Positions 9,766 to 17,773 of a stretch of DNA of 64,000 bases are shown here, in pieces (the stretch's first letter is position 1; every line of letters starts with the position of its first letter). Source of the stretch: Anaerolineales bacterium (GTDB lineage Bacteria > Chloroflexota > Anaerolineae > Anaerolineales > Villigracilaceae); NCBI GenBank assembly GCA_034432975.1, contig DAOUAZ010000190.1:17955-81954 (forward strand), written 5' to 3'. Made by a program: the position numbers and the translations under genes. The notes under the pieces are model-generated. The model made no database searches. It had not been told where the DNA came from and saw only the letters and a list, made by a program, of their open reading frames with translations.

Positions 9766-10410
9766 TCATAGTATTTTGCGCTTACTACCCTTCGCATATA
9801 CAGGAAAACTGAACGGCGGTCGCTGGTTCAATTTCGAGAGCAGGACACCCTTTTCCCCAAGCAGGAAGACCGTCACCGAAGCGGTATCACAGCCCAGCCG
9901 CTGGAAGTGGTCGAGCGGCATCCCCAGGTAGTAGGCGGTAATCAACTTAATCGGGTCGGAATGCGAAACGCAGGCGATTATTTCCTCCGACTTGTGGGCC
10001 GTGACAATCGATTCGATTTCACCCACCAGCCGGGCCTGGCACTCGACGAACGATTCGCCGCCAGGGAAGCGGAAGCGTGACGGGGAAGCCTGCACCGTCT
10101 TCCATTCCGGCAATTTGCGCAGCGCCTTGAGTTCCTGCCCGGCCCATTCCCCAATACCGGTTTCAATCAATCCGGGGCGAATCTGCGCTTCCAGTCCCAG
10201 TTTCGCAGCCAGCGGGGCGGCCGTCTCGCGCGCCCGTTCCAGCGGCGAGGAATATATCGCCTGAAGCGGCAGGTTTCCCAGCGCCTGGGCCAATTCTTCA
10301 GCCTGCTGGCGGCCTTTTTCGTTCAGGTGGACTTCCGGTAACTGCCCGGCCAGTTTGCCGGTTTTGACAAAATCGTTTTCGCCGTGGCGAATGAGTAACA
10401 CTAAAGGCAT
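9766..10410 (-). CDS. Histidine phosphatase (phosphoglycerate-mutase-like) family protein
   Basis: MPLVLLIRHGENDF RHG motif and SHSDPIK second His motif. I trimmed the start to ATG 10410, because the 89-aa extension in the track ORF is Cys/Arg-rich junk. Confidence 0.85.
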   Translation of the reverse strand: MPLVLLIRHGENDFVKTGKLAGQLPEVHLNEKGRQQAEELAQALGNLPLQAIYSSPLERARETAAPLAAKLGLEAQIRPGLIETGIGEWAGQELKALRKLPEWKTVQASPSRFRFPGGESFVECQARLVGEIESIVTAHKSEEIIACVSHSDPIKLITAYYLGMPLDHFQRLGCDTASVTVFLLGEKGVLLSKLNQRPPFSFPVYAKGSKRKIL

Positions 10411-10516
10411 GGTTGTTTTCCTGTGGAGAGTTTTCCCGATTATGCCACAGCTTGCGCTGCAAATCGCAGCCAGGCGGGTCGCGGTAACAATTCGCAATGC
10501 GCAGTCGCAGGAAATT

Positions 10517-13258
10517 TCATTTCGGTTTGGACAGATATTCAGCCGTCTGGTGCAGCAACGGGTCGGGGCTGGTGAGGGATTCTTCGAGCAGCCTCCCCGC
10601 CACCGGCGACATGAGATGCATGGCGGCCGCCAGCAGGTGGGCTTTGACATCGCTGTTCGGTTCGCGGCGAAAGCCATCGAGCAGGGCAGATTCAGCCTCG
10701 GGATGCCGAATCCAGCACAGGGGCAGGTAAGCGCTCAGGCGGGTTTCGGGCAGGGTATCGCCCAGGGCAGAATCCAGCGCATTAATCAGGACGACGGCGC
10801 CGGGCGCGAAGCCGGTTTCTATCCCCATATAATTCGTAGCATGAAAAAATCCGCGCAAAATGGCGCGCCGCTCGAGGCCGCGAGTCTGCTCAATTAATTC
10901 CGACAGTTCGGCGAAACAACTTTCGCGGGCCAGTTCGACCCACGAGAGCGTGGCGGCGTACTGCACATCGGGGCGCGGGTCGCGCAGGGCGCGCTTGACC
11001 ACCGGGATGGCGGCAGGATTTTCGGTCGCGCCAAGCACTTCCAACGCCAATTCGCGGATTTCGGGATTCTCGGCGCGCAACGCGACTTCAAGCACCGGCA
11101 CGGCCGCAGGGTCGGGGCGGCTGTACAGTCCCCAGACAGCCGAAAGGCGCATGGAATCTGCCCCGTCCTGTAAAATACCGGCGACGAGGGCGTAGGCTTC
11201 GGGCAGGCGCATTTTGCAAAGCGCAAAAACGGCGGCTTCGCGTACACGGTGGTCGTCATCGGCCAGGGCGCGCTGGTAAAGCGGCTCGGCGGCAAACCAC
11301 GAGAAGCGATACAGGTGTCCGGCGGCGCTGGCGCGCTGGTGCGGCGTGCCGGTTTTTAACACATCCTCGAAGGCCAGGCGCGCTTCCCGGTCGGCCCGGC
11401 GGGCCAGGATGTCGGCGGCGTTGAAGCGCGCCATGCATTCGTCGGAACGCAGCGCGGCGGCATACGCCTCGACCGAAATCTGGTCGGGCGGCAGGAGATT
11501 GAGCATGGAAGCCAACCCCTTCAGCGACAACCGGAAGCCTGTCTTTTCACGCTTCGGGATCGAGGGTTCGCGCCCCGTGAGCGCCTGGCCGCCGTCGAAT
11601 TCAGGTTTTTCGCCCCGCAAATTGGCCGCCGGCGCATCGATTAACAGGATTTTGCGCGTTTTCAGGTCGGTAACAGTCAGGCGCAGTTGACGCATGGCAT
11701 CGACGCGAAAATCGGCGCGCAATCGTTCCTGGCCTGGCTGGCCGGGCGGGTCAAGATTGACGGTGATGGGTTCGGCGGCATTGAGCGGGACAATTTTTTG
11801 GGCATTTTCTCCGGCCTGGGCGATAAAAACCGCCTGTCCGCCCTCATATTTGACTTCGAGCGAGGCGACCGCGTCGGTGTCAATTTGTCCGATGACAAAT
11901 TCGGCTGTCTCCTGCTTCGGGCGCGAGGCGCTTAACATCACGCGGACGGGTTTCTCGCTCGGATACTTGCTGCCCATCGGGAGGATTTCATCGAAGCGCG
12001 GCTGGCCGTTTTCGTCAAGGATGCGCAGGCCATAGCCATGCGCCAATTGGTCGTCGAGGCCAAAACCGGCTGAAACTTGCAGCGCGCCTTCGACCACTGC
12101 GGTAAACGGCTTGTCGACGCGAATGGAAGTGTTTTCGATGTTCCAGGTGGCGGCGGGCCAGGTCGGCATCTGGGTGATGGATTTGCGCTTGCGCTGGGTG
12201 ATGGCGCGGAAAAACTCATCGAGCGTCTGCTGGACGGAGGGAATCAGCGAGATGCCGCCCACCAGCAAAATATGCTGAATATCCTCGCGGTAAACGCCCT
12301 TTTGATGCGCCAGTCCCATCACTTTTTCGAGGGACTGCTTCAGGGCAGCATAAAAACCGTTGGCGGCCATTAAAGATTCGAATTCGGCGCGGGTCAGCGA
12401 GGCGCGAATACTCGCGTATTCGATATTCGAATATTCGGCATTGGATAATTCGATTTTGGCTTTCTCGCAGGCCGAAAGCAGCCCCGGATACCCCGCGCCG
12501 AGCGCCTCGAGCGAAAGATTCTCACGCTGGAGAACTTCCTGCAAAATCCACTGGTCGATATCCGACCCGCCCAGCGAGACTCCGGCTTTGGCAATCACGC
12601 GCGCCTTTTCGCCGCCATACTCTTTGACATCCGTAAATAACACTTTGCCGGTCTTCTCGCGGCTTTCGGGCAGGCGCACCAGCGACAGGTCGAGCGTCCC
12701 GCCGCCGAAATCAATCACCAGCACAATCGCGCCTGGCTCGGTAACGGCGCAGCCCAGCGCTGCGGCAGTCGATTCATCGACAATGCGGACTTTTTCAGGG
12801 GGCAAACCATCCAGTGAGCGGCTGAGCCAGGCGGTATAGCCTTCGAAGGCCGCCACTGGAACAGTGATGACCAGTTGCTCAATCTCCTCGGCGTGATAAG
12901 GCAGCGAGGCCAGCAAGCGGCGCAGGAAGGCCTTGCCGGCCTGCTCCTCGGTCCAGGGCGCGCCGTCGATGATGCGCGATTCCAGCAGCGAATCGGCCCC
13001 GATGGTGCGCTTGAAGTTACGAAACAGGCGATTGCCGGGTTGGAGGTCAAACCCTTCGGCGCGCACCGCCTGTCCCACGACAATCTCTCCGGTCTGGCCG
13101 TTTTTTACATATAACAGCGTGGGAATAAGAAATGCCCCGGAGCCGGTTGCCAGGCTAAGGGGCGGAAGGTCGAGAGTATGCCCAGTGGCGGTCTTTTCAT
13201 CCCAACGGGCGATGACGGAATTGGTGGTGCCGAAGTCGATGGCGAGTTTGCAGGGCAT
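10517..13258 (-). CDS. Hsp70-family ATPase fused to a C-terminal HEAT-repeat domain
   Basis: AIDFGTTNSV, IDFGGGTLDLSLV and LLVGGISLIP Hsp70 NBD motifs. The C-terminal ~300 aa hold repeated PBS-lyase-like HEAT units (e.g. HRVREAAVFALCKM, PEIRELALEVLGA, RPDVQYAATLSW). Confidence 0.85.
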   Translation of the reverse strand: MPCKLAIDFGTTNSVIARWDEKTATGHTLDLPPLSLATGSGAFLIPTLLYVKNGQTGEIVVGQAVRAEGFDLQPGNRLFRNFKRTIGADSLLESRIIDGAPWTEEQAGKAFLRRLLASLPYHAEEIEQLVITVPVAAFEGYTAWLSRSLDGLPPEKVRIVDESTAAALGCAVTEPGAIVLVIDFGGGTLDLSLVRLPESREKTGKVLFTDVKEYGGEKARVIAKAGVSLGGSDIDQWILQEVLQRENLSLEALGAGYPGLLSACEKAKIELSNAEYSNIEYASIRASLTRAEFESLMAANGFYAALKQSLEKVMGLAHQKGVYREDIQHILLVGGISLIPSVQQTLDEFFRAITQRKRKSITQMPTWPAATWNIENTSIRVDKPFTAVVEGALQVSAGFGLDDQLAHGYGLRILDENGQPRFDEILPMGSKYPSEKPVRVMLSASRPKQETAEFVIGQIDTDAVASLEVKYEGGQAVFIAQAGENAQKIVPLNAAEPITVNLDPPGQPGQERLRADFRVDAMRQLRLTVTDLKTRKILLIDAPAANLRGEKPEFDGGQALTGREPSIPKREKTGFRLSLKGLASMLNLLPPDQISVEAYAAALRSDECMARFNAADILARRADREARLAFEDVLKTGTPHQRASAAGHLYRFSWFAAEPLYQRALADDDHRVREAAVFALCKMRLPEAYALVAGILQDGADSMRLSAVWGLYSRPDPAAVPVLEVALRAENPEIRELALEVLGATENPAAIPVVKRALRDPRPDVQYAATLSWVELARESCFAELSELIEQTRGLERRAILRGFFHATNYMGIETGFAPGAVVLINALDSALGDTLPETRLSAYLPLCWIRHPEAESALLDGFRREPNSDVKAHLLAAAMHLMSPVAGRLLEESLTSPDPLLHQTAEYLSKPK

Positions 13259-13304
13259 AGTTTGCTGTTGCCTTGAAGGGTTTTCCCAATTATCTCACAA
13301 GTTA

Positions 13305-13359
13305 CGTCCCGAAGGTTTTCGGGGCGCAATTGATATGACTTTGAGAAACCTTCGGGACG
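13305..13359. repeat. CGTCCCGAAGGTT hairpin repeat, copy a
   Basis: cgtcccgaaggtt (13305-13317), 29-nt loop, aaccttcgggacg (13347-13359). It lies between the divergent Hsp70-HEAT and merR-family starts. Confidence 0.9.
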
Positions 13360-13396
13360 GTTTGAAACGAATTCGAGAATCGCTGCGCGCCCTCCC

Positions 13397-13427
13397 TTGA
13401 CATTAACGTTACGTCAGGGTTTATAGT
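13397..13427 (+). promoter_or_regulatory. MerR-type promoter (19-bp spacer) with internal dyad
   Basis: TTGACA (13397-13402), 19-nt spacer, TATAGT (13422-13427). TGAC-N11-GTCA and TAACGTTA dyads lie in the spacer. The ATG at 13434 is only 7 nt past the -10, so the mRNA is probably leaderless. Confidence 0.55.
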
Positions 13428-13433
13428 AGGGAC

Positions 13434-14180
13434 ATGTTCACTGTCAAACAGTTATCCAGCTTGGCGGGCGTCACGCCCCGCACCCTGCGCCACTATGACC
13501 AGATTGGGCTGCTCAAGCCGTCCCGAATGGGCGAAAACGGCTATCGCTACTACGGGGAGGAGTCCTTGCTGTGTTTGCAGCAAATTCTGTTCTACCGCGA
13601 ACTGGGTTTGCCGCTCGATGAGATTCGCAAAATCATGGGACGCCGTGATTTCGACGCGCTGGCGGCGTTGGAAAACCACAAACTGGAACTGGAGAAACGC
13701 ATCGAGCGCCTGTTGCGCCTGGTAGAGACGGTGGAGCAGACGATTTTATACATGAAAGGACAAAAAGAGATGAGCAAAAAACAACTTTTCGCTGCGTTTA
13801 GCGAAGCGGAACAGGAAAAACTGGCCGCCGAGGCCGAGCAAATGTATGACCCCGAAACCGTGCGCGAGTCGAACCGCCAATGGAAGGCTTACGGCAAAGA
13901 GAAGCAACAAGCCATCCTGGCCGAGGGCAGCCAGATTTATCTCGATATGATTGCCGTCCTGCCGAAGGGCGCAGCCTCCACCGAAGCCCAGGCAATTGTC
14001 GAACGCTGGCGGGTACACATGGACTACTTCTGGACGCCCGGCCTGGAGCAACTGCTCGGCCTGGCGAACGGCTACGTCGATGACCCGCGCTTCCGCGCCA
14101 ATTTCGACGCGATGCACCCGCAACTGGCCGAGTTCGTGCGCGAAGCGGTCAAGGTGTATGTGGAGTCCCGAAAAAAGTAA
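13434..14180 (+). CDS. MerR family transcriptional regulator, TipAL/Mta-like
   Basis: The N-terminal HTH FTVKQLSSLAGVTPRTLRHYDQIGLL is MerR-type. The ~140-aa C-terminus resembles the TipAS antibiotic-recognition domain. Confidence 0.88.
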   Translation: MFTVKQLSSLAGVTPRTLRHYDQIGLLKPSRMGENGYRYYGEESLLCLQQILFYRELGLPLDEIRKIMGRRDFDALAALENHKLELEKRIERLLRLVETVEQTILYMKGQKEMSKKQLFAAFSEAEQEKLAAEAEQMYDPETVRESNRQWKAYGKEKQQAILAEGSQIYLDMIAVLPKGAASTEAQAIVERWRVHMDYFWTPGLEQLLGLANGYVDDPRFRANFDAMHPQLAEFVREAVKVYVESRKK

Positions 14181-14202
14181 ATCGTGACGAGTGGTAAGTG
14201 AA

Positions 14203-14237
14203 AGAGCCAGCGGAAAATCCGCTGGCTCTTTTTTTTC
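14203..14237 (+). terminator. Intrinsic terminator after the merR-family gene
   Basis: agagccagcgg-aaaat-ccgctggctct followed by an 8-T run. Confidence 0.75.
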
Positions 14238-14254
14238 GAGCGCGCGCCCTGGGA

Positions 14255-15157
14255 CTAGCCTGCCGCCAGCAGTTGTGTGAGCAGTTCCCTGTCCGGCGGT
14301 ATCAGCGTCAATTTGCCTTTGCCCTCGAGAATATTCTGCGTCTCCAGAATCTCGAACAGCGCGGCAGCAACTTCCTGGTCGGCGGAAATCTTCTGCATGG
14401 CTTCGCCCACAATGCGCGGACGAATGGCCGCGGCCTTGGCGAACTCGACCGCCGCCCGGCGTTCTGCCGTGCCGGTGATGATGTTGACCTGGTTGGCCCC
14501 GTCCTGTTTGATGGCCGAGGTCACCTGGCGCAGGCGGTTGACCACCTTGGCCTCGATTTGTTGAATCATGCCGATATCGCGGAAATGCACCTTGCGGATG
14601 TAAACCGAGCCGAGTTTGTAGCCCCACTCGTTCGAACGCGGCGAAACTTCCTCGCGCACGGTGCGGCTCATGCCGTGCCGGTCAATCAGCATTTCTTCGA
14701 GCGGCATGTTGCTCAACGAGCGCACCACTGCATTGCTGACGTTGGCCGCCAGCGAACCGCGCGGGTCGGCGTTCTTGAACAGGTACGACACCGGGTCGCT
14801 GATGTACATCTCGTACCAGATGCCCACGCCCATCGGCGCGCCTTCTTCCGAGTTGACCGGGGTGCTGCGCAGGTATTGCTGGTCGATGCGCATGTCCAGA
14901 ATCCGGCGGCTGCCCAGCCAGTTGACCAGGAAGGCGCTCGGCCCAAGTTTGAGCGGCAGGAAGACCAATCCCGGCTCCCGTAAAATCCCGACCACGCGGC
15001 CAAACAGGATGTAAACCTGGCAGGTACCCTCGTCGACGGTGGTGTAAAAGCCGAGATGGCGCAGAAACCACAGCGAAATCGGCATGACGAACCACATGCC
15101 AAAGAAAGAAATCGCACCACCGACCAGAAAACTAACGAATTCAAGTTCGACCATCAT
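14255..15157 (-). CDS. SPFH/Band 7 domain protein
   Basis: N-terminal TM followed by an SPFH core (TVDEGTCQVYILFGRV..., WGYKLGSVYIRKV). Its start overlaps the upstream SPFH gene stop by 4 nt. Confidence 0.85.
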   Translation of the reverse strand: MMVELEFVSFLVGGAISFFGMWFVMPISLWFLRHLGFYTTVDEGTCQVYILFGRVVGILREPGLVFLPLKLGPSAFLVNWLGSRRILDMRIDQQYLRSTPVNSEEGAPMGVGIWYEMYISDPVSYLFKNADPRGSLAANVSNAVVRSLSNMPLEEMLIDRHGMSRTVREEVSPRSNEWGYKLGSVYIRKVHFRDIGMIQQIEAKVVNRLRQVTSAIKQDGANQVNIITGTAERRAAVEFAKAAAIRPRIVGEAMQKISADQEVAAALFEILETQNILEGKGKLTLIPPDRELLTQLLAAG

Positions 15158-16134
15158 TCCACCTCCCGCACAACTTGCTGCGCGCGGCCATAGAGTTTCA
15201 AGCGGACATTCCGCAGGTAGGCTTGCAAAGCGCCCGGCCCGCTTTTCTGAAGGGCAGTCAACTGCTCGGACAGCGCGACCAGCGGTTCGACCTCCGCCTG
15301 AGCGTTGAGGGTCTCGATTTCGACCGCCCGCTTCGACTGGACGATTTTCTGGTCAGCGGCGGCCTGGGCCAGGCTGATATCGGACGAGACCTCGTTATGG
15401 GCAGTGTTAATCGCCGCCAGGGCAGACTCCACATCAGCAGGCGGGTCGATCCCGGTAATCAAGGAGGCGTCGAGGATGATTCCATAACGCGCCGCGGACG
15501 AGGCGCATTCCCGTTCCATGTGTTCATTCAGGTCGCGCAGGTTCTTGCGCAGGTCGTTGATGGAGACGCCCGAAACGCCGCTCAGACCGCCAAGCCCTTC
15601 TTCACTGGATTTGGGAGCCTCGAAGCCGGCAATCCGTTCGCGCAGCACCGAGACGAAGTAGCCCATGATGTGCAGGATGGGTCGTTTGACGCCAAACAGG
15701 TAGGCGTACAGATTGCTCTCTGCCACGCGATAGCGAATCTGCCCGGTCAGACCGGTGTTCAACTGGTCTTTGGTGACTGCCTCCAGCAGCATGCCGCCCG
15801 AATTCGCGCGCGGGTCTTCCAGGTCTTGGGCCATGTTCATCGTCTGGGTGGCGATGGAGACCTTGTGGATTTTCTCCCAGGGCCATTTGAAGTACGGCCC
15901 GCCCGGCTGGATGACGCGCACCTGGGGATAGTTGTAGCGCTGTTTGTGCTCCTCGCTCAACGTTTCGCCGAGCGGCGAGTTGGCGGTGGTCGCCTTCCCC
16001 ACCCGCTCGGCGCGCCCAAAGATGGTTTTGACCGCGCGCTCGTTCTGGTCGACCGTGTAGAACGATGCCAGGACGTAGCGCAGGAAAAACCAGGCCAGGA
16101 ATCCCACCACCAAGCCTAAACCGAAACCTATCAT
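15154..16134 (-). CDS. SPFH/Band 7 domain protein
   Basis: N-terminal TM, FYTVDQNERAVKTIFGR SPFH start, and a coiled-coil tail. First gene of a two-gene operon. Confidence 0.85.
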   Translation of the reverse strand: MIGFGLGLVVGFLAWFFLRYVLASFYTVDQNERAVKTIFGRAERVGKATTANSPLGETLSEEHKQRYNYPQVRVIQPGGPYFKWPWEKIHKVSIATQTMNMAQDLEDPRANSGGMLLEAVTKDQLNTGLTGQIRYRVAESNLYAYLFGVKRPILHIMGYFVSVLRERIAGFEAPKSSEEGLGGLSGVSGVSINDLRKNLRDLNEHMERECASSAARYGIILDASLITGIDPPADVESALAAINTAHNEVSSDISLAQAAADQKIVQSKRAVEIETLNAQAEVEPLVALSEQLTALQKSGPGALQAYLRNVRLKLYGRAQQVVREVE

Positions 16135-16173
16135 AATGCACTCTCCTCTCTGAACTTGGTTATACAGCGAAAA

Positions 16174-16229
16174 CGTCCCGAAGGTTGCCGGCAGGAACTA
16201 AAATTTACTCATCAAAAACCTTCGGGACG
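16174..16229. repeat. CGTCCCGAAGGTT hairpin repeat, copy b
   Basis: cgtcccgaaggtt (16174-16186), 30-nt loop, aaccttcgggacg (16217-16229). It lies 40 nt upstream of the SPFH operon start. Confidence 0.9.
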
Positions 16230-16380
16230 GTATCAACTCTCTGATTCTGATATTGGAGTAAGTATAGCAAAATAGGGGGAGAAATCAAAGCGGCAATGTT
16301 ATGGTTGGATTAAGAATGGGACAAAAGAGCCAGTGGACGTTCCCACCGGCTCTTAACTCGAAAATCCCCAAGCGCCTCGT

Positions 16381-17736
16381 TCAGCCGAGCAGCGTTTTGA
16401 CCGCCTCGCGGAAGGTTTGGGTGTGGTACTCCACATCCGCTTCGGTGGTGTCGGGAGAAATCAGGGCCATGTTGTGGAAGGGGGTCATCAGGATGCCGCG
16501 ATTGAGCATGTAGAGGTGCATGTAACGGTCGAGTTCGTGGTCGATGGCGGCCGCCGCTTCGCCGCCATTTCTGGGCGGAGTGGGACGGAACCAGTATTCG
16601 GAGCGGTTGCCCAGGCGTTTAACAATCCAGGGCAGGTTGTACTCGGCGATGACCGACTCGACCCCGGCTGTGAATTTTTCCTGCAAGGCGAAGGCTTTTT
16701 CGTAAAACTCTGGCGTCAGCACGTTCTCCAGGGTGGCTTTCATGGCCGCGATGGAAAGCGCGTTCCCGGCCAGGGTTCCGCCGATGCCGCCGACATCCGA
16801 ATCATCGACATCCAGCCGGGCGGTGAATTCATCGGCCACCTGTTGGGTGAATCCGTACACAGCGGCGGGGACACCTCCTGCCAGGGGCTTGCCGATAGTC
16901 AGGAAATCAGGCTCCAGCCCGTGCGCAGCAGTGTATCCGCCCGGGCCGGCGCAGATGGTGTGAGTCTCGTCGATGATGAGATAAGTTCCATATTTCCGCG
17001 TCAGCCGGCGCAGTTCGTCGTGGAAACCGGGGGCAGGGTGGATGATGCCGATGTTGGTCATAACGGGTTCCGCTAAAACAGCGGCCACATCCCCGGCGGA
17101 GAGCGAAATCTCCAACGCAGCGACATCGTTGAACTCGATGACTTTGGTGGTTTCGCGCGGGTCGATTTGCGGCCCCATGTTGTTGGGGCGCGAGATGGGC
17201 GTGCCTTCCTCGTCGAGGACGATGAAGGTTTCATCGACTGTGCCGTGATAGCAGTAGTTGAACACCAGCACTTTGGGACGGCCCGTAATCATGCGCGCCA
17301 TGCGCAGGGCGTGACGGTTGGCGTCGGTGGCAGTCAGGGCAAACTGCCAGAGCGGAAGCCCAAAGCGGCGCTGGAGTTCCTCGCCAACGCTGATGACATC
17401 TTCGTAGGGCAGCATGAGCGTGATGCCCCTGGCGGCCTGTTCGGCGATGGCTTCGAGCGTGGCAGCGGGGGCATGACCGGTCATCGCGCCGGTGTCGCCC
17501 AGGCAGAAGTCGATGTAATCGTTTCCATCGACATCGCTGAAATGCGCGCCCCTGGCTTCCTTGACGAAGACGGGAAAAGACCCCGCCCAGCGAATCATCC
17601 ACAACATCGGCACGCCGCCGTGCAGGGATTTGCGCGCGCGCTGGTAGAGTTGGTAGGATTTGGGGTGGTTCTGGTGGAAGAGTTGCTCCTCGGAGCGGAG
17701 CAAAACTGCGAGGCGGGAGCGGTCTATCATTGTCAT
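16381..17736 (-). CDS. Class-III (GSA-aminomutase-like) PLP-dependent aminotransferase
   Basis: Family-wide similarity (DVDGNDYIDFCLGDTGAMTGH, LIIDETHT, GKPLAGGVP with the PLP Lys). A GGAGG RBS favours ATG 17736 or 17730 over the TTG at 17745. Confidence 0.85.
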   Translation of the reverse strand: MTMIDRSRLAVLLRSEEQLFHQNHPKSYQLYQRARKSLHGGVPMLWMIRWAGSFPVFVKEARGAHFSDVDGNDYIDFCLGDTGAMTGHAPAATLEAIAEQAARGITLMLPYEDVISVGEELQRRFGLPLWQFALTATDANRHALRMARMITGRPKVLVFNYCYHGTVDETFIVLDEEGTPISRPNNMGPQIDPRETTKVIEFNDVAALEISLSAGDVAAVLAEPVMTNIGIIHPAPGFHDELRRLTRKYGTYLIIDETHTICAGPGGYTAAHGLEPDFLTIGKPLAGGVPAAVYGFTQQVADEFTARLDVDDSDVGGIGGTLAGNALSIAAMKATLENVLTPEFYEKAFALQEKFTAGVESVIAEYNLPWIVKRLGNRSEYWFRPTPPRNGGEAAAAIDHELDRYMHLYMLNRGILMTPFHNMALISPDTTEADVEYHTQTFREAVKTLLG

Positions 17737-17773
17737 AACCTCCAAATGGGCGTCCTTTGATAAAATCAGACCT

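Noticed and set aside
9766-10677. Full 303-aa track ORF for the histidine phosphatase.
   Set aside because: The first 89 codons are Cys/Arg-rich and overlap the 3' end of the Hsp70-HEAT gene region. The conserved RHG motif begins right after the internal ATG at 10410, so only 9766-10410 is called.
13746-14627. 293-aa minus-strand ORF spanning the merR-family 3' end, the terminator and the SPFH 3' end.
   Set aside because: It crosses a strong intrinsic terminator and two well-supported genes. Its composition (Gly/Arg/His/Pro runs) is non-protein-like.
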